From Escherichia phage vB_EcoM-Pr103Blw: a stretch of 64,000 nt of DNA. The position numbers and the translations under genes were made by a program. Where the stretch lies: sequence record MW481326.1. One strand, given 5' to 3'. Positions 1 to 9,511 of this stretch are shown here, piece by piece. The first letter of the stretch is position 1, and each line of letters opens with the position of its first letter. Below the pieces are notes generated by a model, which was not told the DNA's origin, did no database searches, and saw nothing but the letters and a program-made list of their open reading frames with translations.

Positions 1-1200
1 GCCCCCTTAACATTTTCTTAACAATTTCTTAACAAACCCTACATAGTTATGCTTGTTAGAGACTTGTTAGCCCCTTGTTAAATCTCTGTTAAGACCACGT
101 AAAAGCCTTGTAAGAGTCTTTGACATATCCTTAAAAGCCTCTGTAAAGCCCTATAAAGAGCTATCCATACAGTTGAGGGGTAAATACTAGGGAGAGCCTT
201 AAAAGAGCTTACAAGGGGCTGTATAGGGCTTTTAAGAGGTATGTTTAAGAGTTCACTAAGAAAGGAAAGGGAACGATAAGAAAAGAGATAGTGACCATGT
301 TAATAGCTTGTTAAAAAGATTAAACACTTGTTAGAAACTTGTTAATTATCTTAATAAAATAACTCTTTAAAATTAACTTGTTAGCTCTTATTAGTCATCT
401 GTTAAGACTCTGTAAAGACTATTCAGCACTTGTTAGAAAACTGTTACATCCTTGTTAGTTCTGTTAAGAGACTGTTAAGACCTTTGAAGAGTTGTTAAGA
501 GCTTGTGAGAACTGTTAAGAGATTGTTAAGGATATTTTAAAATTTTGCAAAGTACTTGTAAGGGAGTTGTTAAGGGCTACCAAGCAGATATACATCCTAA
601 TCAGATATTTTTCAGTTCCTTCAAAGACCCTAAAAAATGACTTGACAACTCTATTTTATAAAAATTTTAAAATTCTGAATAATTACCTATACAGTCTTTT
701 AAAAATACAGGCATAAACAGGCTTATAAGATACCTTGTTAGTACCGTGTTAGACCTTGTGAGATAAGGTCTGTGAAGATATTCCTGTTAAGTTTGTTAAA
801 ACAGTCTATATAGAGGCTTAGTAATACCTAGTGAACACCTATAGAGAGTCACATAGCTTACCTAATGGGTTACTGTTAAGTAACACAGATAACCTAGAGA
901 TTAAGAGGTGTATAGAGGCTTCTAAGAGCGTATAGAGAGATGGTTAAGGTGATTGTATAGGTTGTTAAGAAGGCTTGTTAGAAGAGTGTTTAGAGGGCTA
1001 TTTAGAAGGGTTATACAGAGGGCTATTAAGACCACTAGATAGTTACTAAGATACTATATAGTACTATATAACTATATAGAGAGTAAGATTAAGAAGGTTG
1101 TTAAGAAGGATAGATATTTTATTCACATATGATGGTGACCCAGAGGTTGGGACAACCGATAAAATTTTATAAAAATTAAAAAGCCCCCAATTAAGGAGGC
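1..1200. repeat. Non-coding AT-rich array of short direct repeats (TTGTTAG / TGTTAAGA-like, more than 20 copies, plus CTTAAAAGAG-like motifs)
   Basis: No ORF of 60 aa or more; visible reiteration of cttgttag, ctgttaag, ttgttaaga at irregular 8-25 nt spacing. Confidence 0.7.
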
Positions 1201-1212
1201 TCTTAAGATATT

Positions 1213-1806
1213 TTAAATCAGTGTTTCCAGAACTGTTTTTAGTGATGACTTGGTTGTCTGATAAAAATGAGTAAAGCCATTGTTGTTATCAAATACCTGC
1301 ATCATGATATCATCTCCCTTGATTGGGTACACTCGGATATCATAGTGGAAACCATTAAAGACACAAGAGCCATTACAGAATGCACTAAAGTCATCCACTG
1401 AGATATACTCTTCATGTCCTGTGATTTTTATACAGATACCTTTACTCGGTCTCTTAGGATTAATATCTTCCATCACAGACATATTCTGTCCGCCAAGAGA
1501 TACCATAGTGACCACTTTACGGTTCTTCTGTCTAAAGTACATTTTAACTTTCTGCAAAGTGTCTTCATAGAACGGATAAGACTTCTCTACAAAGATTCCT
1601 TCAAGTGGCTCTTTACCATTTTCAACTTCTCTGGTATGCCGTACTGCAAAGATAATTTGTTGGAACCAGTCAAGATTTTCTTCGGAGAGTCCTTCCCGAA
1701 TATCATTCCAGTCAAGGACTAGATAGTTACCTTCAACTTCTTTTAAGTTGTCTTCTTTCATAGCTATCACACCATTATCGTAAAACTTGGTAAGCTGGAA
1801 CTGCAA
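1213..1806 (-). CDS. hypothetical protein
   Basis: 197-aa ORF, first member of contiguous leftward gene string; no recognisable motif. Confidence 0.45.
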   Translation of the reverse strand: MQFQLTKFYDNGVIAMKEDNLKEVEGNYLVLDWNDIREGLSEENLDWFQQIIFAVRHTREVENGKEPLEGIFVEKSYPFYEDTLQKVKMYFRQKNRKVVTMVSLGGQNMSVMEDINPKRPSKGICIKITGHEEYISVDDFSAFCNGSCVFNGFHYDIRVYPIKGDDIMMQVFDNNNGFTHFYQTTKSSLKTVLETLI

Positions 1807-2239
1807 ACTTGTTGCTATTGTTCCTAATAAGGTCTTCTTCTGTTACTAAGAATGTAATCCCACATAAGTGCGTATAGTGGCTGTCATACTCGAATATTTT
1901 AAGTAAGTATTTACCATCATGATAAACAGATTCTACTACACCTTTTGCAACAATCTTTCCAGTCTTGAAGTCTTTAAGAGGGTATGTATTACCAACTTTA
2001 GGGACTGTTTTCACTTCAGGTTCTTTTAGCTTCTCACCAGCTTCTACATCACCTAGTAAGTGAGAACTCTCAAAAGCTACGTGTTTCATATAAGCTTCTG
2101 AGCATTCCCAGATAAAACAATGTACAAGAACCTTAGCAGCATGTCTTGAGCAGTTCAACTTATCACAAATTTCTGTGTACATCTCATCTTTAGTTGAGTT
2201 GTCAAGCATTGCTTTTTGAACTGTTTCTTTAATTTTCAT
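1775..2239 (-). CDS. hypothetical protein
   Basis: 154-aa ORF in same leftward string. Confidence 0.45.
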   Translation of the reverse strand: MKIKETVQKAMLDNSTKDEMYTEICDKLNCSRHAAKVLVHCFIWECSEAYMKHVAFESSHLLGDVEAGEKLKEPEVKTVPKVGNTYPLKDFKTGKIVAKGVVESVYHDGKYLLKIFEYDSHYTHLCGITFLVTEEDLIRNNSNKFAVPAYQVLR

Positions 2240-2657
2240 AAGCTCTCCGAATAACCCTATTAAGCATCTCTAAAGTCAGCTTTCCAGACTCTAAATGTGG
2301 CATAACAAGCTTTAAAGCTTTTTCAACATCATGCACAACATCTACTATACCTTCTTCATAGGCTTCTACAAGGATATCTTTTACGTTTTGTTGGTTATCT
2401 TTTTGTGGTATTGCTAGACGCATATTAAACTCATTTGCTTGAGGGTGGTCACTACCACGCCAGTAACCATCTTTGTTAAAGCTGATGTAGTCACCGTGGT
2501 AAAAGTGTACACCATTAGCTTTAAACTTCTCCAGCACAAGGCATTGAATTGGGTATTCAGTATTCCACTCCCTGACTCCTATAACCTTCACTGTTGCGAT
2601 GTACTCCTGTGTTTTTGCATCTATGATGTCAAGTTCTTGACCAGCTATGATTTGCAT
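2229..2657 (-). CDS. hypothetical protein
   Basis: 142-aa ORF, abuts neighbours. Confidence 0.45.
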   Translation of the reverse strand: MQIIAGQELDIIDAKTQEYIATVKVIGVREWNTEYPIQCLVLEKFKANGVHFYHGDYISFNKDGYWRGSDHPQANEFNMRLAIPQKDNQQNVKDILVEAYEEGIVDVVHDVEKALKLVMPHLESGKLTLEMLNRVIRRAYEN

Positions 2658-2711
2658 ATTCGCTACCTTCTAAGTTTCTACAAAGGGGCTATCAAGTAAC
2701 CCCTCAAGTTA

Positions 2712-2936
2712 CTACTCAGACTTTTCAATCTTCTTATCGGACTTCTTACTAGTCTTCTTCTCAGCTTTCTGTTCAGGCTCCTTCTCAGAAGTTGTCTTAA
2801 TAGCAATATCAAGAAGTTCTGCTAAGTCACTCTTTAGTAGTGTTACAGGCTGCTCATTGTAGAAGTTTTTGTCAAGGTAAACTTTGAACTCTTCTAAAGA
2901 AGGAAATCCAAAAATTGGTACAGGTGTTTTAATCAT
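2712..2936 (-). CDS. hypothetical protein with Lys/Glu-rich C-terminus
   Basis: 74-aa ORF; charged tail KKTSKKSDKKIEKSE. Confidence 0.35.
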   Translation of the reverse strand: MIKTPVPIFGFPSLEEFKVYLDKNFYNEQPVTLLKSDLAELLDIAIKTTSEKEPEQKAEKKTSKKSDKKIEKSE

Positions 2937-3012
2937 TACTTAGTCTCTCCATAGGCATCTTTCAAGATTGCCTTATTAATCATTTCAGCGATTGCAAAAC
3001 GAACACATACAG

Positions 3013-3546
3013 CTATAATTGTAGGTTGCATTCTTTACTTACCTCTTCAAGTTTAACCTCAGAGTCCTTAAGTCGTTTCTTATGAACTCTGAATCTCATT
3101 AGTGAGATGATGATACCAACTAAAGGGGCAGCATACAAGTACCAAACATCATATACCTTTGCAGTAATCTGTGTAATGGTCAAATCTTGAGCTATGGAAC
3201 TGATTGCTGATACTGCCAGTAATGTTGCTAAGAAAAATGCCAGTACCATTACTGTACTCAAACAACCTCTGGCATGGTGTTCATGCTTAATGCACTTATT
3301 CTTTTCGTCAACAACCCTGTTGTAGTCGTTTGTAAAGTCTCTGTAGAAAGCTTTCAAGTACTCTTGAGTGTAGCCTTCAAAGCAACCTGTACCATACCAA
3401 TAATCACCACCAAAATGTGCTATGATACCAGTATCTCCGTTTGGTTTTGTTACTCTTAGGGAGACATGATGACCAGTCTTCTGGTAATCTATCTTGTATC
3501 TTTCTTCGTAAATCATTTTCCAATCCCTCTCAATCGTTTGTTCCAC
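3013..3546 (-). CDS. putative membrane protein
   Basis: 177-aa ORF with long hydrophobic stretch (VMVLAFFLATLLAVSAISSIA ... LVGIIISL). Confidence 0.45.
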   Translation of the reverse strand: MEQTIERDWKMIYEERYKIDYQKTGHHVSLRVTKPNGDTGIIAHFGGDYWYGTGCFEGYTQEYLKAFYRDFTNDYNRVVDEKNKCIKHEHHARGCLSTVMVLAFFLATLLAVSAISSIAQDLTITQITAKVYDVWYLYAAPLVGIIISLMRFRVHKKRLKDSEVKLEEVSKECNLQL

Positions 3547-3731
3547 TCAAGGTCAACAAGTCTTTGTAGTACTTTGCCTCTAGGTGTTACACCTTTTAAA
3601 TCTGCATCGTAACAATGGTAAAAGTCACCTTCAGCGTGTTTACCATAGCATTTTCTGATATTCTGGCTTCTGCGATACTGTTCTAACAAGGACAGTTTGT
3701 AGTAATCTTCAACTGTAGTTAGTCTTTTCAT
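3513..3731 (-). CDS. hypothetical protein
   Basis: 72-aa ORF in operon context. Confidence 0.35.
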   Translation of the reverse strand: MKRLTTVEDYYKLSLLEQYRRSQNIRKCYGKHAEGDFYHCYDADLKGVTPRGKVLQRLVDLEWNKRLRGIGK

Positions 3732-3814
3732 TCTTTCACCGTAGTGTTTCTCTAGAAACTAAAAAGGGAACTACCTCTCGATAGCTCCCATCATAATCAA
3801 TATTGTATACTCGG

Positions 3815-4396
3815 TCAAGAGTATTTTTTAGGCAGTAATGCACTGCGCTTGTTGCTCTCTTCACTCAATAGTGCGATAAATTCATCACCTTTGCCTTTCC
3901 ACGGGCTAAATGTAGGGATGTGTTCTCTGATAGCCTCAATCACTGTCTTCAGTGCGTTATTCTTTAACCACCAATCAGATACTGCCGATGCTACAACATA
4001 GTAAGCACCATCATCTGTGAAGATTGGCTCAGAGATACATGGTGAAATCATGGTAGTGATGATTGAGCCATTATTCATGTAATATGTTCTTTTTTCAACC
4101 TTATCAAGAAGCTTATGAAGGTCTGCAAACAGACTCACCACCTCTTTATGGTCAATATCTTTTTCAAGATTTGCTCTATATTTCAATAGTGCAGCATCGA
4201 CCTCTTTGTCATTGAATTTGAAGTATTGAACTTCTTCATTCACACATACACTGATGTTGTTGGTGTTTATCGTCAATTTGCACAGTTTGACTGGAGAGTT
4301 AATGTTGGTCTGAAAAAGTGCTACACAGCCTTCTACATTCCCGAAATGTTTGACTAATGTAACTTCTGGTTGGATGTGCTCATGTTCTTCTGACAT
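3815..4396 (-). CDS. hypothetical protein
   Basis: 193-aa ORF. Confidence 0.45.
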   Translation of the reverse strand: MSEEHEHIQPEVTLVKHFGNVEGCVALFQTNINSPVKLCKLTINTNNISVCVNEEVQYFKFNDKEVDAALLKYRANLEKDIDHKEVVSLFADLHKLLDKVEKRTYYMNNGSIITTMISPCISEPIFTDDGAYYVVASAVSDWWLKNNALKTVIEAIREHIPTFSPWKGKGDEFIALLSEESNKRSALLPKKYS

Positions 4397-4740
4397 TATA
4401 GTTTCCTCATTAAATACTTTTTAAGTTGTGTGTTAGGTTTCTCAAAAACTTCTATAGAAGATATCTTGACAGACTCACCACGCATACCTGTATGTTTAAA
4501 TATGTAATACTCTAACATCCCTATGTACTTTGCTGGTAAGTCATGTTTGACATACACTGTTACAGAATCTTCAAATTCAACAACCTTTGTACCATCCTTG
4601 TAGTTAAACTCTCTAGGGTGGTTGTAGTTATCAATGTCATACATTAAAAAGAGTCTTTTCCGTTGCATGTCAAGCTTATTGGTTAAAGACTCTTTAATAT
4701 CTGAGAAGTTTTTGTACACTGTGACATGGAGCTTACTCAT
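4396..4740 (-). CDS. hypothetical protein
   Basis: 114-aa ORF, start overlaps upstream stop. Confidence 0.45.
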   Translation of the reverse strand: MSKLHVTVYKNFSDIKESLTNKLDMQRKRLFLMYDIDNYNHPREFNYKDGTKVVEFEDSVTVYVKHDLPAKYIGMLEYYIFKHTGMRGESVKISSIEVFEKPNTQLKKYLMRKL

Positions 4741-5026
4741 CGTTAAACTCTCTGACGAAGAAATAGTTGACTTTGTTATTACCTACCATAAGGTCAAAGC
4801 AGGTATTTTCAAAAGGCTTGTTGTAGGCATCATATGAAGTATATGTATCAGCTACTTGTTTAGTGTTGAGCTTTTTACTTGATGGATTTAAGAGGCCACC
4901 ATACAGCTTCTTGATAGCCTCTTCTACAACAGACCAGATAATTTCGTCAGTAATTTCTTCGTACAGGTCAAGTTCACGCTCTAGTGAGAAGTCACAAATA
5001 GGGAAAACAACCTGTACTTTACTCAT
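4733..5026 (-). CDS. hypothetical protein
   Basis: 97-aa ORF. Confidence 0.4.
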   Translation of the reverse strand: MSKVQVVFPICDFSLERELDLYEEITDEIIWSVVEEAIKKLYGGLLNPSSKKLNTKQVADTYTSYDAYNKPFENTCFDLMVGNNKVNYFFVREFNDE

Positions 5027-5424
5027 TAACGAATAACCTGTGAGACTTGAATTGCTTCGGTTACTGACAAGTCACCTACTTTCTCTTCTTTGATAAAGGT
5101 GAAGGTAAGTTCAACAGGTTCTTGCTTTTCTTGCTCAACTGGAATGCCATTAAGCTCATCACGGATTGATTGAGTTGTCCAGTCTTCTCCACCATCTGGA
5201 TAATGGATGGCGTAAAGAGGGAACTCCATATCATACCAGCCAAATACAGGGCAGCCATCTGCATCATCTCGCATCCTACGTAGTGTGCTACCTGAGCCTG
5301 TAAAACGAAGGCAGATATTACCATTACACTCAAAGATTACTGCATCAGCAAGACCAGCGTCTTCACGGCCATCATGCCCAAACGTGTCAACTTTTACTTG
5401 AATATCTCTAACATCTTTATTCAT
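5026..5424 (-). CDS. hypothetical protein
   Basis: 132-aa ORF. Confidence 0.45.
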   Translation of the reverse strand: MNKDVRDIQVKVDTFGHDGREDAGLADAVIFECNGNICLRFTGSGSTLRRMRDDADGCPVFGWYDMEFPLYAIHYPDGGEDWTTQSIRDELNGIPVEQEKQEPVELTFTFIKEEKVGDLSVTEAIQVSQVIR

Positions 5425-5815
5425 AAAAACCTCTCTCTGCTTGTTCGATTTTTGCTCTTAAAGTTTCGCAATACTGTAAATGGTAGTTAGCTTCTTGTTC
5501 ATGTGTTGCTAACTGCCTTTCAAGAACAGTTTTATAGTAACCTGCAAGTTGCTCTTTTGTCAATGGGTGCTCTGAAATAATATCAAGTCCACTTTCACCA
5601 AGAGGATTGAATTGTCCATGCTCATTGACATTGTAAGTCTCAAACTTGAACATACCATTGTTCACAGACTCAATAGGTGACAGTTCAACAAGCTCTACAG
5701 TAAACCGTGTATACACCTTGTCGCCTCTTGAAACTACATTGTTTCCAATGATGCGTACAAGCGAACCATTACGAGTGTATTTAAAAGTCCCAAAGTCACT
5801 AGCCCAAAGTTTCAT
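5417..5815 (-). CDS. hypothetical protein
   Basis: 132-aa ORF. Confidence 0.45.
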   Translation of the reverse strand: MKLWASDFGTFKYTRNGSLVRIIGNNVVSRGDKVYTRFTVELVELSPIESVNNGMFKFETYNVNEHGQFNPLGESGLDIISEHPLTKEQLAGYYKTVLERQLATHEQEANYHLQYCETLRAKIEQAERGFYE

Positions 5816-5829
5816 AGCTTTCTCCTTAG

Positions 5830-5856
5830 AAAATAAAAAGGCTCCCGAAGGAGCCT
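5830..5856 (-). terminator. Rho-independent terminator-like hairpin (GGCTCC-TTCG-GGAGCC then T-run on minus strand)
   Basis: Plus strand reads aaataaaaaGGCTCCcgaaGGAGCC; on minus strand the hairpin is followed by TTTTTATTTT; lies just downstream of endolysin gene. Confidence 0.55.
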
Positions 5857-5865
5857 ATGAAGATA

Positions 5866-6330
5866 TTACTTTGGGTATACACTGTCAAGGTAAATATCAG
5901 CTTCCATTCTGCGTCTGTTTTTAAGACCGTTTGAAGTGACCTTCTCACCTTTGACCGTTACCTTGTTCCACCACTGCATAGCTTCTGCACAACCTACCTT
6001 ATTACCAGCGTTGTGGCGCTTGATAAATGTAGAGTCCTGCATAGCCGTGATACCGATGTTGTATGTTTCACTAACAAGGGCATCAAACTCATTTTGAGTG
6101 GTTGGGGTTTTGATTGCTTTGTTGACTGCACTGACAAACTTTTCAACATCAGCAAGAAGATACTGTTCAGCCTGTTCCTCAGTAATCTTCATACCCATTT
6201 TGACAGGTCTTCCATCAATACGGATTGTCCCGTAACCAATTGTTGGGATTCCGGCAGAATCTTTGTAGGCTTCTAACTCAAGACCTTCAAAGAATTTAAT
6301 AGCCTCTAGACCCTTCTTTGATAGTTGCAT
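5866..6330 (-). CDS. endolysin, GH24 phage lysozyme family
   Basis: N-terminal FEGLELEAYKDSAGIPTIGYG matches the E-x8-D-x5-T catalytic pattern of T4/lambda-type lysozymes; strong RBS GGAGGTG upstream. Confidence 0.7.
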   Translation of the reverse strand: MQLSKKGLEAIKFFEGLELEAYKDSAGIPTIGYGTIRIDGRPVKMGMKITEEQAEQYLLADVEKFVSAVNKAIKTPTTQNEFDALVSETYNIGITAMQDSTFIKRHNAGNKVGCAEAMQWWNKVTVKGEKVTSNGLKNRRRMEADIYLDSVYPK

Positions 6331-7466
6331 TATTCACCTCCTACTGGATTAACGGTAACTGTTGCGGCATTAGAGGTTACTGAACCTCCTGCACCAGTAA
6401 CTACACAAGTGTATGAACCAGCATCATCTGCACTCGTTGCACTTTCTTTGGTGTAAGTTGCAGCAGTTGCACTAGGAATGTTTACGTTATCTTTCTTCCA
6501 CTGATAGCCTGTTGCACCAGTAGCTACAACACTTAGTGTCAAGGTTTCACCTTCTGTGATTTCTTGATTTGTTGGTTGCTGAGTAATAACTGGTAGTGCG
6601 TTTACTGTGATAGTTGCAGGGTTAGAAGTAACCGAACCTCCAGCACCTGTTACAACGCAAGTGTATGAGCCAGCATCTGCTGGAAGTGCACCAGATTTGC
6701 TATATGTGGCCTTTGTAGCTGAAGGGATGTCGGAACCATCTTTCTTCCATTGGTAACCAGTTGCACCTGTTGCAGTAACTGCTAAGCTGATGTTTCCACC
6801 TTCATTAACGGTCTGGTTAGAAGGTTGCTTGGTAATCACTGGTAAGGCATTCACAGTAACTGTTGCTGCATCTGATGTGACACTTGTCCCACCCTCCCCA
6901 GATACAACACAAGTATATGAACCAGCGTCAGAAGGAACCACTGACTGTTTTGTGTAAGTTGCAGAGGTAGCACTAGTGATATCTTCACCACCCTTCTTCC
7001 ACTGATACCCTGTGGCATTAACTGCAACAACACTTAAGGTAAGTGCACCACCTTCATTTACTGTTTGATTGGTTGGTTGCTGAGTGATTGATGGTGGTTT
7101 GATAGCATCCTTTAACTTAGCATTTAACATTGAGAATGGTTTAACTCTTGCCAACCATTCACAATAAACAGTATCAACGTCTTTACCATTGATAATTGCA
7201 TATTGCAAATCCATGAAGAAATCAGAAGTTCTCATTTGAGTACCGATGCTGTAAAGCAACTCATCACTAAATGGGACTTTATAGGCTGGTTTGTAGTCAA
7301 ACTCTTCAACTTCTGCAATATCAGCTTCAGGCCAATACGAACTATAAGTAAGTGGCAAAATAGCCTCTTGATATGTTCTAAAATCATATCTCTTACCAGC
7401 CTTTACATTTGCAACGAAGCCCTTTACAAACTCTTTGAAGTCTGGGTAAGTCTTTGCTTTAATCAT
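6330..7466 (-). CDS. protein with three tandem Ig-like domains and an N-terminal domain paralogous to the neighbouring ORF
   Basis: Three about 85-aa repeats each containing ATGYQWKK ... DAGSYTCVV (Ig-fold Y-x-C signature); N-terminal 130 aa shares WPE(A/E)DI, YKP, LLY, FxMDxQY, RxNAKL with ORF 7463..7834. Confidence 0.6.
   Translation of the reverse strand: MIKAKTYPDFKEFVKGFVANVKAGKRYDFRTYQEAILPLTYSSYWPEADIAEVEEFDYKPAYKVPFSDELLYSIGTQMRTSDFFMDLQYAIINGKDVDTVYCEWLARVKPFSMLNAKLKDAIKPPSITQQPTNQTVNEGGALTLSVVAVNATGYQWKKGGEDITSATSATYTKQSVVPSDAGSYTCVVSGEGGTSVTSDAATVTVNALPVITKQPSNQTVNEGGNISLAVTATGATGYQWKKDGSDIPSATKATYSKSGALPADAGSYTCVVTGAGGSVTSNPATITVNALPVITQQPTNQEITEGETLTLSVVATGATGYQWKKDNVNIPSATAATYTKESATSADDAGSYTCVVTGAGGSVTSNAATVTVNPVGGE
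6333..7079 (-). repeat. three tandem about 250-bp coding repeats (Ig-like domain units)
   Basis: Near-identical peptide blocks repeated three times in the translated ORF. Confidence 0.6.
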
Positions 7467-7834
7467 TTCTTTTTAGCCTCTAAACGTGCGTTTAATCTAA
7501 AATAGCCTTTGTGTTGTGGAGAGACATCACCAACAACAATACCTTCAACCTTATAACCTTTACCAATTACATACTGAATATCCATAAGAAATGTACCAAG
7601 ACCAACAATATGGAACATTGGATATAATAATTTCTCTGAATCTGGGAGGTTAATTTCAGGTTTGTAGGTAGGTTGTTCACTCGTGGGTGTGATGTCTTCT
7701 TCAGGCCATCTACTAAGTCTCCATGTTAAAGGGGATGAGATAACATCATTAAGATTGTATATTTCACCATTCTCCACGGAATTGATATAGGATTGTAGGA
7801 AGCAATAAAAGTCTTTTGCACTCTTAGCCTTCAT
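7463..7834 (-). CDS. hypothetical protein, paralog of N-terminal domain of the Ig-repeat protein
   Basis: 123-aa ORF sharing several conserved blocks with residues 1-130 of ORF 6330..7466. Confidence 0.5.
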   Translation of the reverse strand: MKAKSAKDFYCFLQSYINSVENGEIYNLNDVISSPLTWRLSRWPEEDITPTSEQPTYKPEINLPDSEKLLYPMFHIVGLGTFLMDIQYVIGKGYKVEGIVVGDVSPQHKGYFRLNARLEAKKK

Positions 7835-7859
7835 TAAATATCCTTATAAAATAGATAAA

Positions 7860-7873
7860 GGGGCATTAGCCCC
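7860..7873 (-). terminator. short GC hairpin (GGGGC-ATTA-GCCCC) followed by T-rich run on minus strand
   Basis: seen between ORFs 7463..7834 and 7883..8473. Confidence 0.4.
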
Positions 7874-7882
7874 TATTCTCAC

Positions 7883-8473
7883 TTAAGCTTTAGTCTTAAG
7901 TAGGTTCTTAAGCTTTTTGAGATTCATACTCTCATCAAACTTAAAACCAAATCCATTGACATAATCAATGAACTCGGATTTTTTAGTAAGTGACAGTGCA
8001 TAACTCATATCAAAATTGTTTCCAGTTTCATAATCAGGACTTGAGTTAACATCAAATGAGATTTCAGTAGGTTCTTGTTTACTGTTTCTCATATTGTCAA
8101 TTAGCAAACAAGTGTAGTTTGCCGGATAGAAGTTTGCACTACCATCAACATATGTGTACTTGTTATTGTGAATAAGATTGGAAAATACCTTCAGGAAGGT
8201 TTCAGAGTCGTGACATACAAGTTTGAACTGACTTCCTTCACCGAGAGCTACTAATGAGTATGGGCTTTCACTATCAATGTCATAGTTTGGGTTTGATGTG
8301 GTTACAGTTACACGCATCAAGTTATTAGCAATAGTCTTTTGTTTAAAAGAATTTGGAACGTAGTGAAGACCTCTATCACACTGGTTAACCAACTCTTTCA
8401 ATAGGTCATTTGAATAAGGTGAGTTGATTGATACAGAGCCATCACTATTGTAATTAAAACTTACTGTTAACAT
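7883..8473 (-). CDS. hypothetical protein
   Basis: 196-aa ORF. Confidence 0.45.
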   Translation of the reverse strand: MLTVSFNYNSDGSVSINSPYSNDLLKELVNQCDRGLHYVPNSFKQKTIANNLMRVTVTTSNPNYDIDSESPYSLVALGEGSQFKLVCHDSETFLKVFSNLIHNNKYTYVDGSANFYPANYTCLLIDNMRNSKQEPTEISFDVNSSPDYETGNNFDMSYALSLTKKSEFIDYVNGFGFKFDESMNLKKLKNLLKTKA

Positions 8474-8700
8474 TTTTCAGTTCTCCTGCGATTTATAATT
8501 TTGCTGCAATAGAGAAACGAAGTAAACTCACTGGAAGAAACCATTAAGTGTTGTTCACTAGATTGAGCCATTGCCCTGAAATACATTCCAGTCAAAGCAT
8601 CATAGTGACTATTCTTTCCAATTGAGGTTATATAGCCATGACTCTTTGCAGTTTGATATAAATCTATAATATCTGCGATTTCTAATTGGGAACTACACAT
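8467..8700 (-). CDS. hypothetical protein
   Basis: 77-aa ORF. Confidence 0.4.
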   Translation of the reverse strand: MCSSQLEIADIIDLYQTAKSHGYITSIGKNSHYDALTGMYFRAMAQSSEQHLMVSSSEFTSFLYCSKIINRRRTEKC

Positions 8701-8864
8701 AGATAATCCTCTTGTCTTCTGTAATTTTGAAAGAACAGGTACAGACCAATTTCAGAGGATGAATAGTAGATTAACTCTACCCTTTTTGATTCCTTACAGT
8801 GATTGGTATTCTTACCTTTCTTCGGTTTATTTGATTTTCTCATTAAGTCTCCTTTGTAGAACAA
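8682..8864 (-). CDS. hypothetical small basic protein (doubtful)
   Basis: 60-aa ORF at head of leftward string. Confidence 0.25.
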   Translation of the reverse strand: MFYKGDLMRKSNKPKKGKNTNHCKESKRVELIYYSSSEIGLYLFFQNYRRQEDYLCVVPN

Positions 8865-8941
8865 GGCAGACCTACAGCTTTAAGTAAGATGGTACAGTAA
8901 TCCATACAACAAGTCAAGAACTATTGCAAGTTAAAAAAGTT

Positions 8942-8965
8942 GTTGACAAAGTACTTGACAAGGTA
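8942..8965 (+). promoter_or_regulatory. conserved tandem TTGACA motif GTTGACAAAGTACTTGACAAGGTA (copy 1 of 2)
   Basis: Nearly identical 24-nt sequence recurs at 50311..50334; both sit in divergent intergenic regions. Confidence 0.5.
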
Positions 8966-9092
8966 TAGGCTTATAAATACTTAGAAGATAACTTAAAAGG
9001 TTCCTCTAAAAAGGCTATTTAAACAGATATCTTTCTGGATATCTATCTTTTATCTTAAAAGCCTTTTAAGAGGTCTTATAAGAGGCATACCA

Positions 9093-9464
9093 ATGAAAAA
9101 CAGAACAAACAAAGGCCAGTTTAAAAAAGGCCAGTCTGGAAACCCATCTGGAAGACCAAAAGGCTCTCGTAACAAAAGCTCACTTGTAAAAGCTCAACTG
9201 ACCATTGATAATTCTGCTGAGTTTGCTGCAAAGTTGTTTGAGGCGATTGTTACAAGGGACGCGGCTAAGCTTGCAGAGTTTGGGTTAAACACAGACGACG
9301 TAACCATCAAGAGCATGATTGAGGTCGGTAAAACTATCATGACCCACTCAGCAGGTGAGATGAAAGCAATTGCAGCAGACACTAAGAAGACTCCTGATAA
9401 TGGTGGTCAGTCTCAGACAGATAACAAACCAACGTTCTCTGCTGTTGCAACCCTTAAAAAATAA
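9093..9464 (+). CDS. hypothetical protein with basic N-terminus (GNPSGRPKGSRNK motif)
   Basis: 123-aa ORF immediately upstream of Ro60-like gene. Confidence 0.5.
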   Translation: MKNRTNKGQFKKGQSGNPSGRPKGSRNKSSLVKAQLTIDNSAEFAAKLFEAIVTRDAAKLAEFGLNTDDVTIKSMIEVGKTIMTHSAGEMKAIAADTKKTPDNGGQSQTDNKPTFSAVATLKK

Positions 9465-9477
9465 TTTTAAAAGATGT

Positions 9478-9511
9478 TGACAGACTCTATAAAGTTGCTC
9501 TAAAGTCTGTC
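9478..9511 (+). promoter_or_regulatory. 9-bp perfect hairpin (TGACAGACT ... AGTCTGTCA) overlapping a TTGACA hexamer
   Basis: Inverted repeat read directly; no T-run, so likely operator or RNA structure rather than terminator. Confidence 0.4.

Noticed and set aside
8865-9092. Canonical sigma70 promoter for the leftward operon in the divergent region
   Set aside because: Only weak -10 candidates at correct spacing on the minus strand; the conserved tandem TTGACA motif is reported instead without assigning a direction.
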